From: Hormiphora californensis
Taxonomy: Eukaryota > Animalia > Ctenophora
Length of the DNA: 64,000 nucleotides
NCBI GenBank assembly: GCA_020137815.1
Contig: CM035354.1
Coordinates: 6,076,001 to 6,140,000 of the forward strand
Direction: 5' to 3'
Notes under the pieces: generated by a model
Told to the model about the DNA's origin: nothing
Databases searched by the model: none
What the model saw: only the letters and a program-made list of their open reading frames with translations
Shown: positions 49,701 to 61,007 of the stretch, in pieces
Position numbering within the stretch: the stretch's first letter is position 1
Layout of the letters: every line of letters starts with the position of its first letter
Position numbers and translations under genes: made by a program

Positions 49701-52332
49701 AGAACACCAGGTCATTTTTGGTCAATTTTGGACATAATTGATCAATTATCTAATTGACCAATTAACTTTTTTTAAGGTTAAGCTGGCCTAACCTTCACGT
49801 CTCAACGTCCTCTTTCAGATGGTGTAATTTTTTTGGAATTTTGTAAAACACATTATCACTCAGACTGCATTTAACTGTTTAGTACTAGCCTATTGTACCG
49901 TCTTCATAGTGAAGTGCAATTTCGGGTCGAAAAAGTCAATTTTGTAACAAAGTCATATCTTAACTGTTTTTAATCGAATAAATTGTTGCATTAATGTTGT
50001 CGATACAGTTATCCGCTTATTACTACTTACTTTTATTAAGTTTTTTGGCCAAAATCGAGCCAATATAGCGTTTTTTGGTCAATTTTGGACATATATGACT
50101 AAAAAATCCCAAAAATTTTTATGCATAAATGACCTCAGACAGTGCTTGGCATCTGAAGATAACTTTCAGCTCTTTAAATGAAGTCAAACAGGTCAAAAAT
50201 CACTTAGATTGGCATAAATGGTGATTTGGCCAAATTTGGCTGGCAGATCAGCATTGGTGTTAAGCTGAGCACTAACAATATGATTCTTTATTGGTTAGAA
50301 ATGATCGAATTCCGTTCAAATCATTCATATTCCGTACAACAAAACCCTGGTTAGAAAGTATCGAATTCCGTACAACACTTGAACTCTAACCAAAATATAC
50401 TCCATTGGTTAGAAACTATCGAATTCCGTCCAAATCGTTCCTATTCCGTACAGGTCCTAACCGGTTAGAAAGTATCGAATTCCGTACAACACATGAACCC
50501 TAACCATTCATACTCCGTTGGTTAGAAACGATCGAATTCCGTCCAAACCGTTCTATTTCCGTTCTATGAGGCCAGGGTTAGAAAATATCGAATTCCGTAC
50601 ACGCAGGGTACTTACAATAGCACTCTCTGCACTCTTGTACGGAATTCGATAGTTTCTAACCTTGCCCGTGGACGGACATCATACAGACTGGACGGACATC
50701 CGACAAACTGTACGGATAGTAGACTCAGTGGATGCATCAGAAAGATCGGACGGACACTGCACAGTTTGTCGGATGTCCTGCCAATATGTCGTACGGATTT
50801 CGATTGTTTATGGTTAGGGTTAGTGTTAGGGTTAGGTTTTGGGTTGGGTTAGGATTTTAGATATAGAGTCCGGGTTGGAGGATTTGGCGCCAAAATGTAC
50901 TAGAGGACTCTATATCTAAAAATTCTACACAGGGCGGACTCTTTATCTAAAAAGTCTACACAGGGAGGACTCTTTATCTAAACTTTTTTCAAAATCTAAC
51001 TGTAGATAAAGAGTCCGTTTTTAGATATAGAGTCCGCCTTGGATTTAGATAAAGAGTCCGTTAGCACTAGAGTCCGCCCACCAGCTGAGAGATGGACTAA
51101 ATGGGAGGTAGGGAAGCTGAGAGATGGAGTAAATGGGAGGTAGGGAAGCTGAGGGATGGAGTAAATGGGAGGTAGGGAAGCTGAGAGATGGAGTAAATGG
51201 GAGGTAGGGTAGCTGATAGATGGAGTGAATGGGAGGTTGGGTAGCTGAGAGATGGAGTAAATGGGAGGTAGGGAAGCTGAGAGATGGAGTAAATGGGAGG
51301 TAGGGAAGCTGAGAGATGGAGTAAATGGGAGGTAGGGTAGCTGAGAGATGGAGTAAATGGGAGGTAGGCTAGCTGAGAGATGGAGTAGATGAGGAGTAGG
51401 GTAGCGGAGAGATGGACTAGATTAGGGGTAGGGTAGCTGAAAGATGGAGTTGATGAGGGCTAGGGAAGCATAGAGATGGAAACGATTATGGATAGGGATT
51501 CCCTACCCCTAATCGTTTCCATCTCTATGCTTCCCTAATAGGGAAGCTGAGAGATGGAGTAGATGAGGAGTAGGGTAGCTGAGAGATGGACTAGATAAGG
51601 GGTAGGGTAGCTGAAAGATGGAGTAGATGAGTCATGTCGTCATGAGGGGTAGGGTAGCTGAAAGATGGAGTAGATGAGGGGTAGGGAAGCTGAAAGATGG
51701 AGTAGATGAGGGGTAGGGTAGCTGAGAGATCGAGTTGATGAGGGGTAGGATAGCTGAGAGATGGAGTAGATCAAGATCAAGAAATATTTGATTCGGCACC
51801 GACCCTCTCTCTACTCCTCGATGTTTCCCGCCATGTTCTGCAGCTGCTGTGTAAGAGTTGAACGCGAGCGCGTCAATAACATGACACGACATGCAACACG
51901 ACATGCAACACGACATGCGAGATGCGAATTTCATTATTTTGAAGTTTTGTGGGGTTGCGATTTTTGTTTTAGGTCGGAGAGTGAAACGGCCGGTACAGTG
52001 GTAAACTAGATTAAAAACTGTACGCCTCGTTAGACGGCGATTTTTCCTATCTTGTCTGGTTCCTGAGATATGGCCCCCTAAAGAGTTGGTGTCTCAAACT
52101 GCTGAATCGGGGTCACGCGAGGAAAATGGGCATCAGTTTGCGTGTACTGCTCCGTTTTTCACGGGACTTGAACGAGGGTGACGGCAAGAGTCTCACCTAT
52201 TACATGGTATCCTTACATTGTGTATTAAATCTAAAATGACTGAGCAGCATGCTTGTTAATGAACCTTGACGTGTTTTCTTGTCTCGCAAGCGCGCTCGCG
52301 ACTAGCAAACACGACATGCAGTTCACACCCTG
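46787..52332. mobile_element. Foldback hAT5-like element, copy 2 (spacer in opposite orientation to copy 1), with a nested insertion
   Basis: Same TIRs and 32-bp arrays as 2182-5279. TSD GTTAT (46782-46786, 52333-52337). Confidence 0.92.
49130..51082. mobile_element. Nested non-autonomous Mutator-like element with 9-bp TSD
   Basis: TIR GGTG(T/G)GCGGACTCTAGTGCTA. TSD AGCTGAGAG (49121-49129, 51083-51091). Subterminal GGACTCTWTATCTA repeats, internal GGTTAGAAA..TCGAATTCCGT repeats and TTAGGG-like runs. Confidence 0.88.
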
Positions 52333-52747
52333 GTTATATACTATTGTTTTGAGATGCACACTAAGCTACTAGATAAACAACAGAGGCGGGAGTAACATGC
52401 AGTCGTTTACAGTAAATCTCTCACACACTTTAAACTTAGTTTTATCCCTCTCTCGCTGCTTTTTGCGTACTAACTAACAGCTCTCTTTATATTGATTTGC
52501 CGACCGCACTTTTTCAGTCGTGGTTACTATTCATTGTTCGGCCCAGTTCGAATTTCGGGAAAACTCTTCGCAGTTTTTATCAGAATTTGTTTTCACTGCC
52601 AATATGTCTGAGTTTTTGTGTTGTTATGTGAGTCCCGTTTTTCTCTCCCATGTTTTGTATCTACATATATCTCTCCATCTAACACAGCTTACAAACATTT
52701 CTAACCCTCTAACCCGTCTCTCTCCCCTGTCTAGGTAACTACATATC

Positions 52748-53959
52748 ATGAGTGAGGTAGTGTGGACACGTTGCTTCCAGCATGGTACGGCCACCTGCAA
52801 TATAGACCTAGCAGACTACTACACTTCCGGAACCCCCACCCCAGGATGGAGAGATAGACTGCTGGCTAAGATAGAGGCAGGCCTGGCACGGCTTGAGGCT
52901 GGGTTAGCAGAGGGATTGTTCAAGAGGGGGGACTACAGCGTTTACAGTGGTACTAGCGGGCTAGTGCTGCTGTACCTGAGGTTATCAGAGACAGTATACA
53001 GAGATAACCCCACCAGAAAGAGGCAAGTTCTGGCAAGGGCCCAGGAGCTGATAACGAAACCACTGAACCACCTGAATGGGAGGCGGTTAACCTTCCTCTG
53101 TGGAGATGGTGGTGTGTTAGCATTAGCTGCGGTTATCTATACACTAAACGGTAACGAGCCAGTGGCTAAACACTGTACACAGGGTCTGCACACATTGAGC
53201 GAGTTAGCACTATCTGATAGGCACCTTCCCTTTGAGCTCATGTACGGGTGTGTGGGGTATCTCTTCTCACTTCTCTTTCTCCGCCACTATCTACCTGAGT
53301 CAGTGGATAACCGCTTGATCGGCCGGATATCCGCATATATCATCAGCGCTGGTAAGCGTGACACGGCAGGTCCACTAATGTACACCTGGCACGAGAAGCA
53401 CTATTTAGGAGCTGCCCATGGTTTGGCTGGTATACTGCTGACACTACTTCACTCGGGGAGCGTACCACGTGATCAGTTAGATAGTCACGTGATACCGGCA
53501 GTCAACTATCTTCTCTCTCAACGGCACCCTTCAAATAATCTCCGCAGCTCACTCGGATCTCAGCTAGATAAACTGGTACAATGGTGCCATGGGGCTCCGG
53601 GACTTATCTCTCTCCTCACCGAGACACACTCACAAGTTGGGGGAGTGTTCCTACAGGAGGCGTTTAAATGTGCAACACCTATTTGGCAGAGAGGTCTACC
53701 TAGGAAGGGACATGGGTTGTGTCATGGAACGTTAGGGAATGCGTATGCCTTTGTGGATCTATACCAGCGGACTGAAGACCCCTCTTGGCTGTGCAAGGCG
53801 GTACATTTTACTGAGTGGGCGATGGGAGAGAGGGACGTGGGAAAGACATATGACACCGAGATGGGGTTGTTTGATGGACTTGCGGGTGTTGTTTATTTCT
53901 ATACGGACATGCTAGACCCAAAAACTGCAGCCTTTCCCGGGTTCCAATTACCAAAATAA
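52748..53959 (+). CDS. LANCL2: LanC-like protein (LANCL1/2 family), intronless CDS
   Basis: DYSVYSGTSG, TFLCGDGG, ELMYGCVGYL, YLGAAHGLAGI, LVQWCHGAPG, GLCHGTLGNAYAF, LFDGLAG, FPGFQL. Confidence 0.9.
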   Translation: MSEVVWTRCFQHGTATCNIDLADYYTSGTPTPGWRDRLLAKIEAGLARLEAGLAEGLFKRGDYSVYSGTSGLVLLYLRLSETVYRDNPTRKRQVLARAQELITKPLNHLNGRRLTFLCGDGGVLALAAVIYTLNGNEPVAKHCTQGLHTLSELALSDRHLPFELMYGCVGYLFSLLFLRHYLPESVDNRLIGRISAYIISAGKRDTAGPLMYTWHEKHYLGAAHGLAGILLTLLHSGSVPRDQLDSHVIPAVNYLLSQRHPSNNLRSSLGSQLDKLVQWCHGAPGLISLLTETHSQVGGVFLQEAFKCATPIWQRGLPRKGHGLCHGTLGNAYAFVDLYQRTEDPSWLCKAVHFTEWAMGERDVGKTYDTEMGLFDGLAGVVYFYTDMLDPKTAAFPGFQLPK

Positions 53960-55365
53960 ATGTTTTTTATTTAAAATAAATGTTCGTGTGTTTTGCATAG
54001 TTTCTCTTCATCTCTCTACTTCTCTAAGAGAGAGGGCTTCTCTCCACTATTTATGATCAATTATACTGTACAAATATGAACAATATACGATCTTCCTTCC
54101 CCGTGCCGAAAGAGAAGTGTGTTTAGCTCGTATAGACTGCAACTGGGCAGATGTATAATTTTAGATCTCTCGTGCGAGAGAGACGCAAAACACCCGTGCA
54201 GAGAGGGGGTCTACCGGGCCAGCGCGCCTAAAAAGAACGAGAGTGCGCTATTGTTAGAATTGGAAAAGTGGAGCGCGCAGGCACTCGGAGCAGCGCCGTG
54301 TTTACGAACAGATCTGAGAGGACTGGGTGAGATACTTGGTATCGAAGACACCTCACACTCGCGGCCTTCGTTTGGCGTGCTTCGCACGCCGCGCCGGCAA
54401 GGGAGGGGTAACTTCGTTACCAAGTGAGATACATGGGTTGCTGAATGTGAGAGAAACTAGAGATAGAGAGAGGGAATCTTGATCTCTGCAGAAGGCTGGA
54501 AGTGGAATGTGCAACACACACCCCTCCTTTGTTGTAGAGAGAGGGGCAGCTGGCAGCATCTCTCAGCACCTCATGATACATCACGGTACTATGAGCCATG
54601 CGGTATACCTACACTTGTGTGGAAGTTGAACTGTGACACGCCACATGGTACACAGTCAGAGAGAGGAAGAGAGAGAGAGAGAGAGAGAGGGGGGTTGGGT
54701 ATAGCCTTAGGGTGATTGCATACGCAGAGAAAGAGAGACTTGTACTATACTATCAGGCCGGAGAAAGAGAGGAGTGTGTAAAATTTAATGTGACGGCGGG
54801 CTTCAACAAGCTTGTTTCAAATTGACCTCAATGCTTGGCGTAGGGGTGTATTATAGGGCAACTTCTTTTGCCTAAAAGTGACTACTCTCTCTGGAACGTC
54901 GTGTGAAGTGCCAGGAATCCCATCCCGGACCACATACCTTGACATGCTATACTGTCCCTGGGAGGGACGGTGTAATACACCGTGTATCATCATGTCAACC
55001 CGTTATATTCAACCTAGCTCTGCACGGAAATCAAGGACAGGATATTATCTGGCGGCGCTAGACATTGACAGGTCAAGGATTAGACATGCTATTGATAAGA
55101 TCAACTTCCCTAGCAGATTGATAAGTTGAACTAACGGAATTTTCTATCTGTAGCACTTGCTGTGTGGCTTGTAGTTGCTGGGACTGTGATTTCAGATTCT
55201 CGTCCGACAACTTGTTGGTACATTTTGGAAATATGGACTTAGCGGCCAAGTTGGCCCGGAAACTTGGAAATAAAAGCAACACCTGTCTTCAAGTTCAACT
55301 TGAAGTTAAAGGTGAAAGAGACTACTTATACTTAAGCTGCACCAGTGTGAGTTGTTTAGAAAGAG

Positions 55366-55780
55366 GCTGTCTGGCGCCGCGACCCATCTGAATCAAATGG
55401 GGTATGGCGCCGCCATACAGGAAAGAGGTGGGACCCCTAATTTGAAAGAAATGAGAATAGGGTCAGGCCAAAGCTCTAAACTATGTAGTTTCATTCTGGA
55501 GGATGGCTGTCTGGCGGTACCGACCCGTTCATTCTGAGCGCAAAACGAGGTCTGGCGCCGCCAGACAGGGGAATGGAGGGTTGAACACATTTGGGTGCTG
55601 TCTGGCGGCGCCAGACCCCGTTTCCGCCTGTCAGAGCATTGGCCTGACACGTTTCCGCCGCCGGACAGAGTTCTGGTTCGTACTCCACAATTGAGAGTAG
55701 ACGGTCGACTGTCTGGCGCCGCGACCCATCTGAGAATCAAATGGGGTATGGCGCCGCTCATACAGACGGTCGACTACTAC
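55366..55780. repeat. Cluster of ~60-bp hairpin repeats (GTCTGGCGCCGCGACCC..TGAGAATCAAATGGGG..GGCGCCGC); further copies at ~61125-61187 (inverted) and ~61800-61875
   Basis: Direct reading of 5-6 related copies. Confidence 0.7.
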
Positions 55781-56510
55781 TAACGATACCGACTTCCTCT
55801 GATACTGTCATCATGTAGTACAGTTGCAGTGGCCGTCACGTAATTTGTAAAACGAAAATCTTTCCCACAGTTTTGAAGAGGACGTGGGGTCGTGGGCGTC
55901 TGTTCACTGGTGATATTGATAATATCACTGATATGGGATTGATAAAGTCAAAGTGATGAAGTTGATCAAGGCAAGAGGAAGGAAGATATCTACCTGTACC
56001 AGGCTGAACTGAACTGCTCAGACTATTCAGCCTTCAGGTAAAAATGAGGGGGTGGGTCTGAAAGTTCCTCAATTATGATTTGATTTGAAATTTGAATCAA
56101 ATAATTTGATGGAATTTTGCCAAAGCTAATGTTTGCATCTCATGTCATTGCAGAGCTAAGATTCGCTCACCTGCTGTCAAATTATCCATTCATTCTTTTC
56201 TTCTCACGCTGATAGCTCTTGCTTTTAGAGATACCTAGAGCATAAAAAGTATCTCTCCGCGCTCTGCAATCTGCATCTTCTCTCACTATCTTTCTACCTA
56301 CCCCTCCATCTTTCTCTCTGTCTCTGTGGCTGGTGTTTTAAAAGTTCCTCCCCGCACCCTCTTGTTGTGCTTGTTTGGAGCTCACTACAACAGTTACTTT
56401 TAAACTGAGCTCAGGTCTGAGTTGTTCTAACCATTACTTTAGAGCCAGTCAGTGGGACAAAAACACTATTCCTTTCTGGTCTCTTTTTATTTTTTGCATT
56501 TGTCTCATTA

Positions 56511-57863
56511 TAGGCCAGTCATATGACGTCGATATATCGCTGAAAAAGGAAGTAATTGATCTAAAAGCGATTCCACTTCCAGGGCCCTCCAATGGGTCTC
56601 TACAACCACCAAAAAAATTTACTGCGGGTACCGCGATGGAGAAATCGGTCATTTCCGGGTTTATTTTGCACCTGCATAAATATAGGCTAGGACGAATGCG
56701 ATATACGGTAAAAACCGTCTTTGGAAACAAGTAGAAAAGAAATCAAGGGCACTAAAGTGTGTAGCGTCCTCGCATTAGTGGGGGTAGGTGCTGGAATTAA
56801 GTCTCTATCTTATCAGGTTAATTAGATAATTGGATAATTAGATGCGCACATAGCCGTTTTATGGTTATACGGTAAAAACCATCTTTGGAATGGAGTAGAG
56901 AAAAAACCGAGGGTACTAGAGTGATCAGCGTCCTCGAATTAGTGGGGGTAGGTACCAAAATTAAGTTCCTATCTCATCGCGTTAATTAGATAATTGGATA
57001 ATTAGGTATGCGCATAACAGTTTTTAGGTTACATGGCTATAGCCACTTAGGAATGGTTTAGAGACTTTTCATTGGTGCCATTTTGTAGGCAATAGCCAAG
57101 TTATTGGGGGTCGACGTCGGACTTTTAAGCTCTATATTCAACCGTTTAGCCGTTATTTGGCTTTAAAAGTGCTCAAAGTGAGCAAAAAAGCGGTAAAAAG
57201 ACCGATTTTGAGCACCTTTAAAGCCATATAACGGCTAAACGGTTGAATATAGAGCTTAAAAGTCCGACATCGACCCCCCATAACTTGGCTATTGCCTACA
57301 AAATGGCACCAATGAAAAGTCTCTAAACCATTCCTAAGTGGCTATAGCCATGTAACCTAAAAACTGTTATGCGCATACCTAATTATCCAATTATCTAATT
57401 AACGCGATGAGATAGGAACTTAATTTTGGTACCTACCCCCACTAATTCGAGGACGCTGATCACTCTAGTACCCTCGGTTTTTTCTCTACTCCATTCCAAA
57501 GATGGTTTTTACCGTATAACCATAAAACGGCTATGTGCGCATCTAATTATCCAATTATCTAATTAACCTGATAAGATAGAGACTTAATTCCAGCACCTAC
57601 CCCCACTAATGCGAGGACGCTACACACTTTAGTGCCCTTGATTTCTTTTCTACTTGTTTCCAAAGACGGTTTTTACCGTATATCGCATTCGTCCTAGGCT
57701 ATATTTATGCAGGTGCAAAATAAACCCGGAAATGACCGATTTCTCCATCGCGGTACCCGCGGTAAATTTTTTTGGTGGTTGTAGAGACCCATTGGAGGGC
57801 CCTGGAAGTGGAATCGCTTTTAGATCAATTAGTTCCATTTCACAACGTCATATGACTGGCCTA
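56511..57863. mobile_element. 1.35-kb near-perfect palindromic element (TAG...CTA, 3-bp TTA TSD; Academ-like)
   Basis: TAGGCCAGTCATATGACGT / ACGTCATATGACTGGCCTA. Arms ~56553-57176 and ~57210-57830 are reverse complements, which produces the mirror-image ORFs in the track. Confidence 0.88.
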
Positions 57864-57950
57864 TTAGTATCATTGGCTGTGAGTCATAGGTTGGTTAGAC
57901 GGAGTCTTATGACTTCAAACGATATAGTCTCGTTCTCATACTCTTTCATG

Positions 57951-59275
57951 TCATTGGGCGACTTCTAGGGAGAATATATGGAAGCCGCTCCCAGATGAAG
58001 GAAGAGGTAGGGAAAACTCTGTAGCGCATGTAGCTTCAATCAGGGGGTATCCTCTCTCCAGTCTCCTCTTGTAGGTAACTTTTCTCTTGAGCTTTTTTAG
58101 GTCAGGTAGCTCATGGATGGCGTCCTGGGGGGTCCCTCCTAGTAGACTGGTGACCAGCTTCGTAGGGGCGTCAGATGAAGAGGTAGTAACTTGCCGGAGT
58201 CTAGAGAGGAAGGCATTTGCCGATGTTGTCTGGATGGAGGGGTCATGGGTGTGCGGGGTCTCCTTTACTACTGCAACTGGTTCATCGAGGGTGGTAGTTA
58301 GTCGTCCCGTACAGTTTGGTGTGAACTGTTTCCGGTCCTTACAGGCCCAGTGCTGGACTTTCTGGGTTTTCCTGTTTCCACAGTAGAGGTATCCATTATA
58401 GGCGGCCTGTCGTCCACCTTTAGCCCCAGTCAGGAATTGAAGAGAGGATGTGACAGGAGGAGGAGGGGTATGTAGGGTAGGTGTAGCAGGCGGAGGAGGA
58501 GGAGGGGTAGGTAGAGTAGGTAGGGTAGGTGTAGCAGGAAGAGGAGGAGGAGGAGTAGGTAAGGAAGGTGTAGAAGGATCAGGATGTGGTGGAGGAGGAG
58601 GAGGAGGAGGTGTAGTATCGAGTAGGGAGTCCATTGCTGTTCGAAGAGCTGTTGATAATGGTAGAGACATGATTGTTAGTTGTGGCTGTGTGACCTCGAC
58701 CTTTATACCTCTTTGCCACCGTTAGATGAACTGCCCATATCACGTATCCGGGCATCTGATCCAACCGATTAGCATAGTGAATGAGACATGAGAGCTCCTC
58801 TAATCGTTGTAACAAGCCGTTAGATAAACCGCCCATATCACGTATCCAATCCGACATGAGACATGAGAGCTTAAGCCTTACCGATTAGAGGAGCTCTCAT
58901 GTCAATCGGTTTACTCCAATAACTAACGAGCCATATCGTATTGGTGCCGCCCTCAGGGTCACGTTACCAATCGGGATATGATGATTTGACGCTTGTAGGC
59001 ATTATCGCCATATCAACAATAATATTGACGCTTTTGCCTACACCCAATCACCCCTGTAGGCATTATCGCCATATCAACAATAATATTGACGCTTTTGCCT
59101 ACACCCAATTATCAATAATGTAGGCATTATTGATCGTAGGCATTATCGTACTTTATCGTAGGCATTATTGCCACCGTAGGCATTATTGCCGTTTTGACGG
59201 TTTTGCCTACACCCAATTATATATGCCTATATACCCTGTAGGCATTATTGACCGTAGGCATTATCGTACGTAATC
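57951..59275 (-). mobile_element. Truncated Mutator (Phantom-like) element: one terminus with GTAGGCATTAT subrepeats plus a FLYWCH transposase N-terminus (ORF 57951..58670)
   Basis: FLTGAKGGRQAAYNGYLY..HWACKDRK..CTGRL..PHTHDP is a FLYWCH finger. No DDE domain or second TIR seen. Confidence 0.78.
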
Positions 59276-61007
59276 ATCTAAATTGGCCAGCGAAAGCCGA
59301 ACTGGATTGGATCTGCTTCTACCAGATCCATGTTGCAATTAGCACATATGAAAATAATTGTAACTGTAGTTAGGGTTAGGGGTGGGAGGACCCTTGATCA
59401 CTCACCAAGGAATATATTCAAATTCAATATTGAATTGCAATGGTACTTGGTCGGCATGACCTCTTTGTCCCGGCCCCCTCATCTCATCGTGACCACGGTG
59501 TGAAGTGTAGGATATTGCATTATTTATTCGTAACCAAGGGCAACCCCGGGGTTCTATTTAATGAGAGAGGTGTGCGCCTGATAAATCTCCATAGCAACGG
59601 AAAATTCTCTCGCATGACCTCTCTAAATAGAGCATGTCTCTCATTCTACTCTCTCTCTTATCGCCCCAGTCACTTGATCCCTTATTGGATTTTCTGTTCT
59701 GGCATCTCTTGCAACTCAGTAGTTCCCAACATTTGTTTCTATGTGTTTGCATCTTCCCATTGCTGCTGCAGAGGACCACTTCTTAATCTTTGCACCATTC
59801 TCCACTGAATGCGGTCGGTGGGACCATCTGCATCAGAAAGGGTCAACACGTATCTTGAAATTACACGATAGAGAGATACAGGGGAGAAACTAAGAGTGAG
59901 AGTTAGAGTGAGAAAGAAAGAAAGAGAGTTGGAAGATAGGTCATCAGCCACCTGTCGCGTGCTGTCCCCATCCGTTTCTAGGGCAACTATTTGAGAGTGA
60001 TAACATTGCCCCACCATGCATCTCCTTTCTAATCCTCTTCTGCTTCCTTAGTCCATCATGATGGTGTTGTCAATTGATTGGAGGGGTCTTGTAGTTTGAC
60101 TTCTCCACCAAGTTCTCTATATTTCCAACAATCTAAATAGGAAAACCAGAATCTGTGTCCTAAATTTGTTTGCTTCAGCTCATTTAGAATCACTTTGTGT
60201 GCATGTGTTTGTGTGTATAGACATTTCCCCTCCCGCCCCCTATCAATTTGCTTCTGCGTGTTTCATTCTCAAGCAACAGGTAGTGATAGGTAAACTCTCC
60301 CTGATTCTTTTGATCCGCCGCAAAGTTATTAATTCCATTAACGGCACAGCGGTTTATTATTTTCTCAAAAAACACGTCATGTTTCCTCTGAATATATTCT
60401 GCAAGTTTACTGCAGAGTCGGCACGAGTGCACACGTCCTACCATGTATACATGAGTAATATAGCACCTGTCCGCTCTCTCTCCTCCCTGTACCTCCCTCC
60501 AACTCTACTCTTCTCTTTCTCTCACTCCGGTTTTTTCTTCTCTCCTCTCTTTATTGCACGACAAGGATGGATTGAGCTCCTTGCAAAAATGCGGGCTGCT
60601 CAACTGTTTTTCTACTTCTACTTGTTATTCTCGCATTGTCGCTCTCCTGCACTTTCTAACAGATCCGTCCTACAATGTGGGTAATTGTCTCTAGTCATTT
60701 TGTCACACAGACCAAGCTATTCTCCCACGTTTTGCCAATCATATCCCACCGTTCATGTCTTCTTCCTCGATTCACGAACAATACAATTAATCGATGTTTT
60801 TGTATAAAATAGAAAGAGATCTTGTACTATAAGTTATAGAGAGAGAAAGAGAAAGATTTTTATTGAGATTCTCTTGCATGAGAATCGTATAATGTTTGTG
60901 GTTTTGTTGGTAACCGATTACTTTCCAGTTTCTAGCATTGAAAAAGAACTAAATCGGCGTCAGTTTTTGTCTGCCAAGGGTCCAGGACCCTAGATAGTCC
61001 AGCCAAT

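Noticed and set aside
50812-50852. Telomere or interstitial telomeric site
   Set aside because: Only a few degenerate TTAGGG units, inside a TIR element.
52748-53959. Lantibiotic cluster or bacterial HGT
   Set aside because: The motifs fit the normal animal LANCL family. No LanB, precursor or transporter is nearby.
56375-57968. Paired ORFs on both strands
   Set aside because: These are an artefact of the palindrome.
59560-60790. Minus-strand exon-like remnants (e.g. YDWQNVGE*LGL, faintly death-domain-like)
   Set aside because: There are multiple stops and no consistent frame, so a call cannot be supported.
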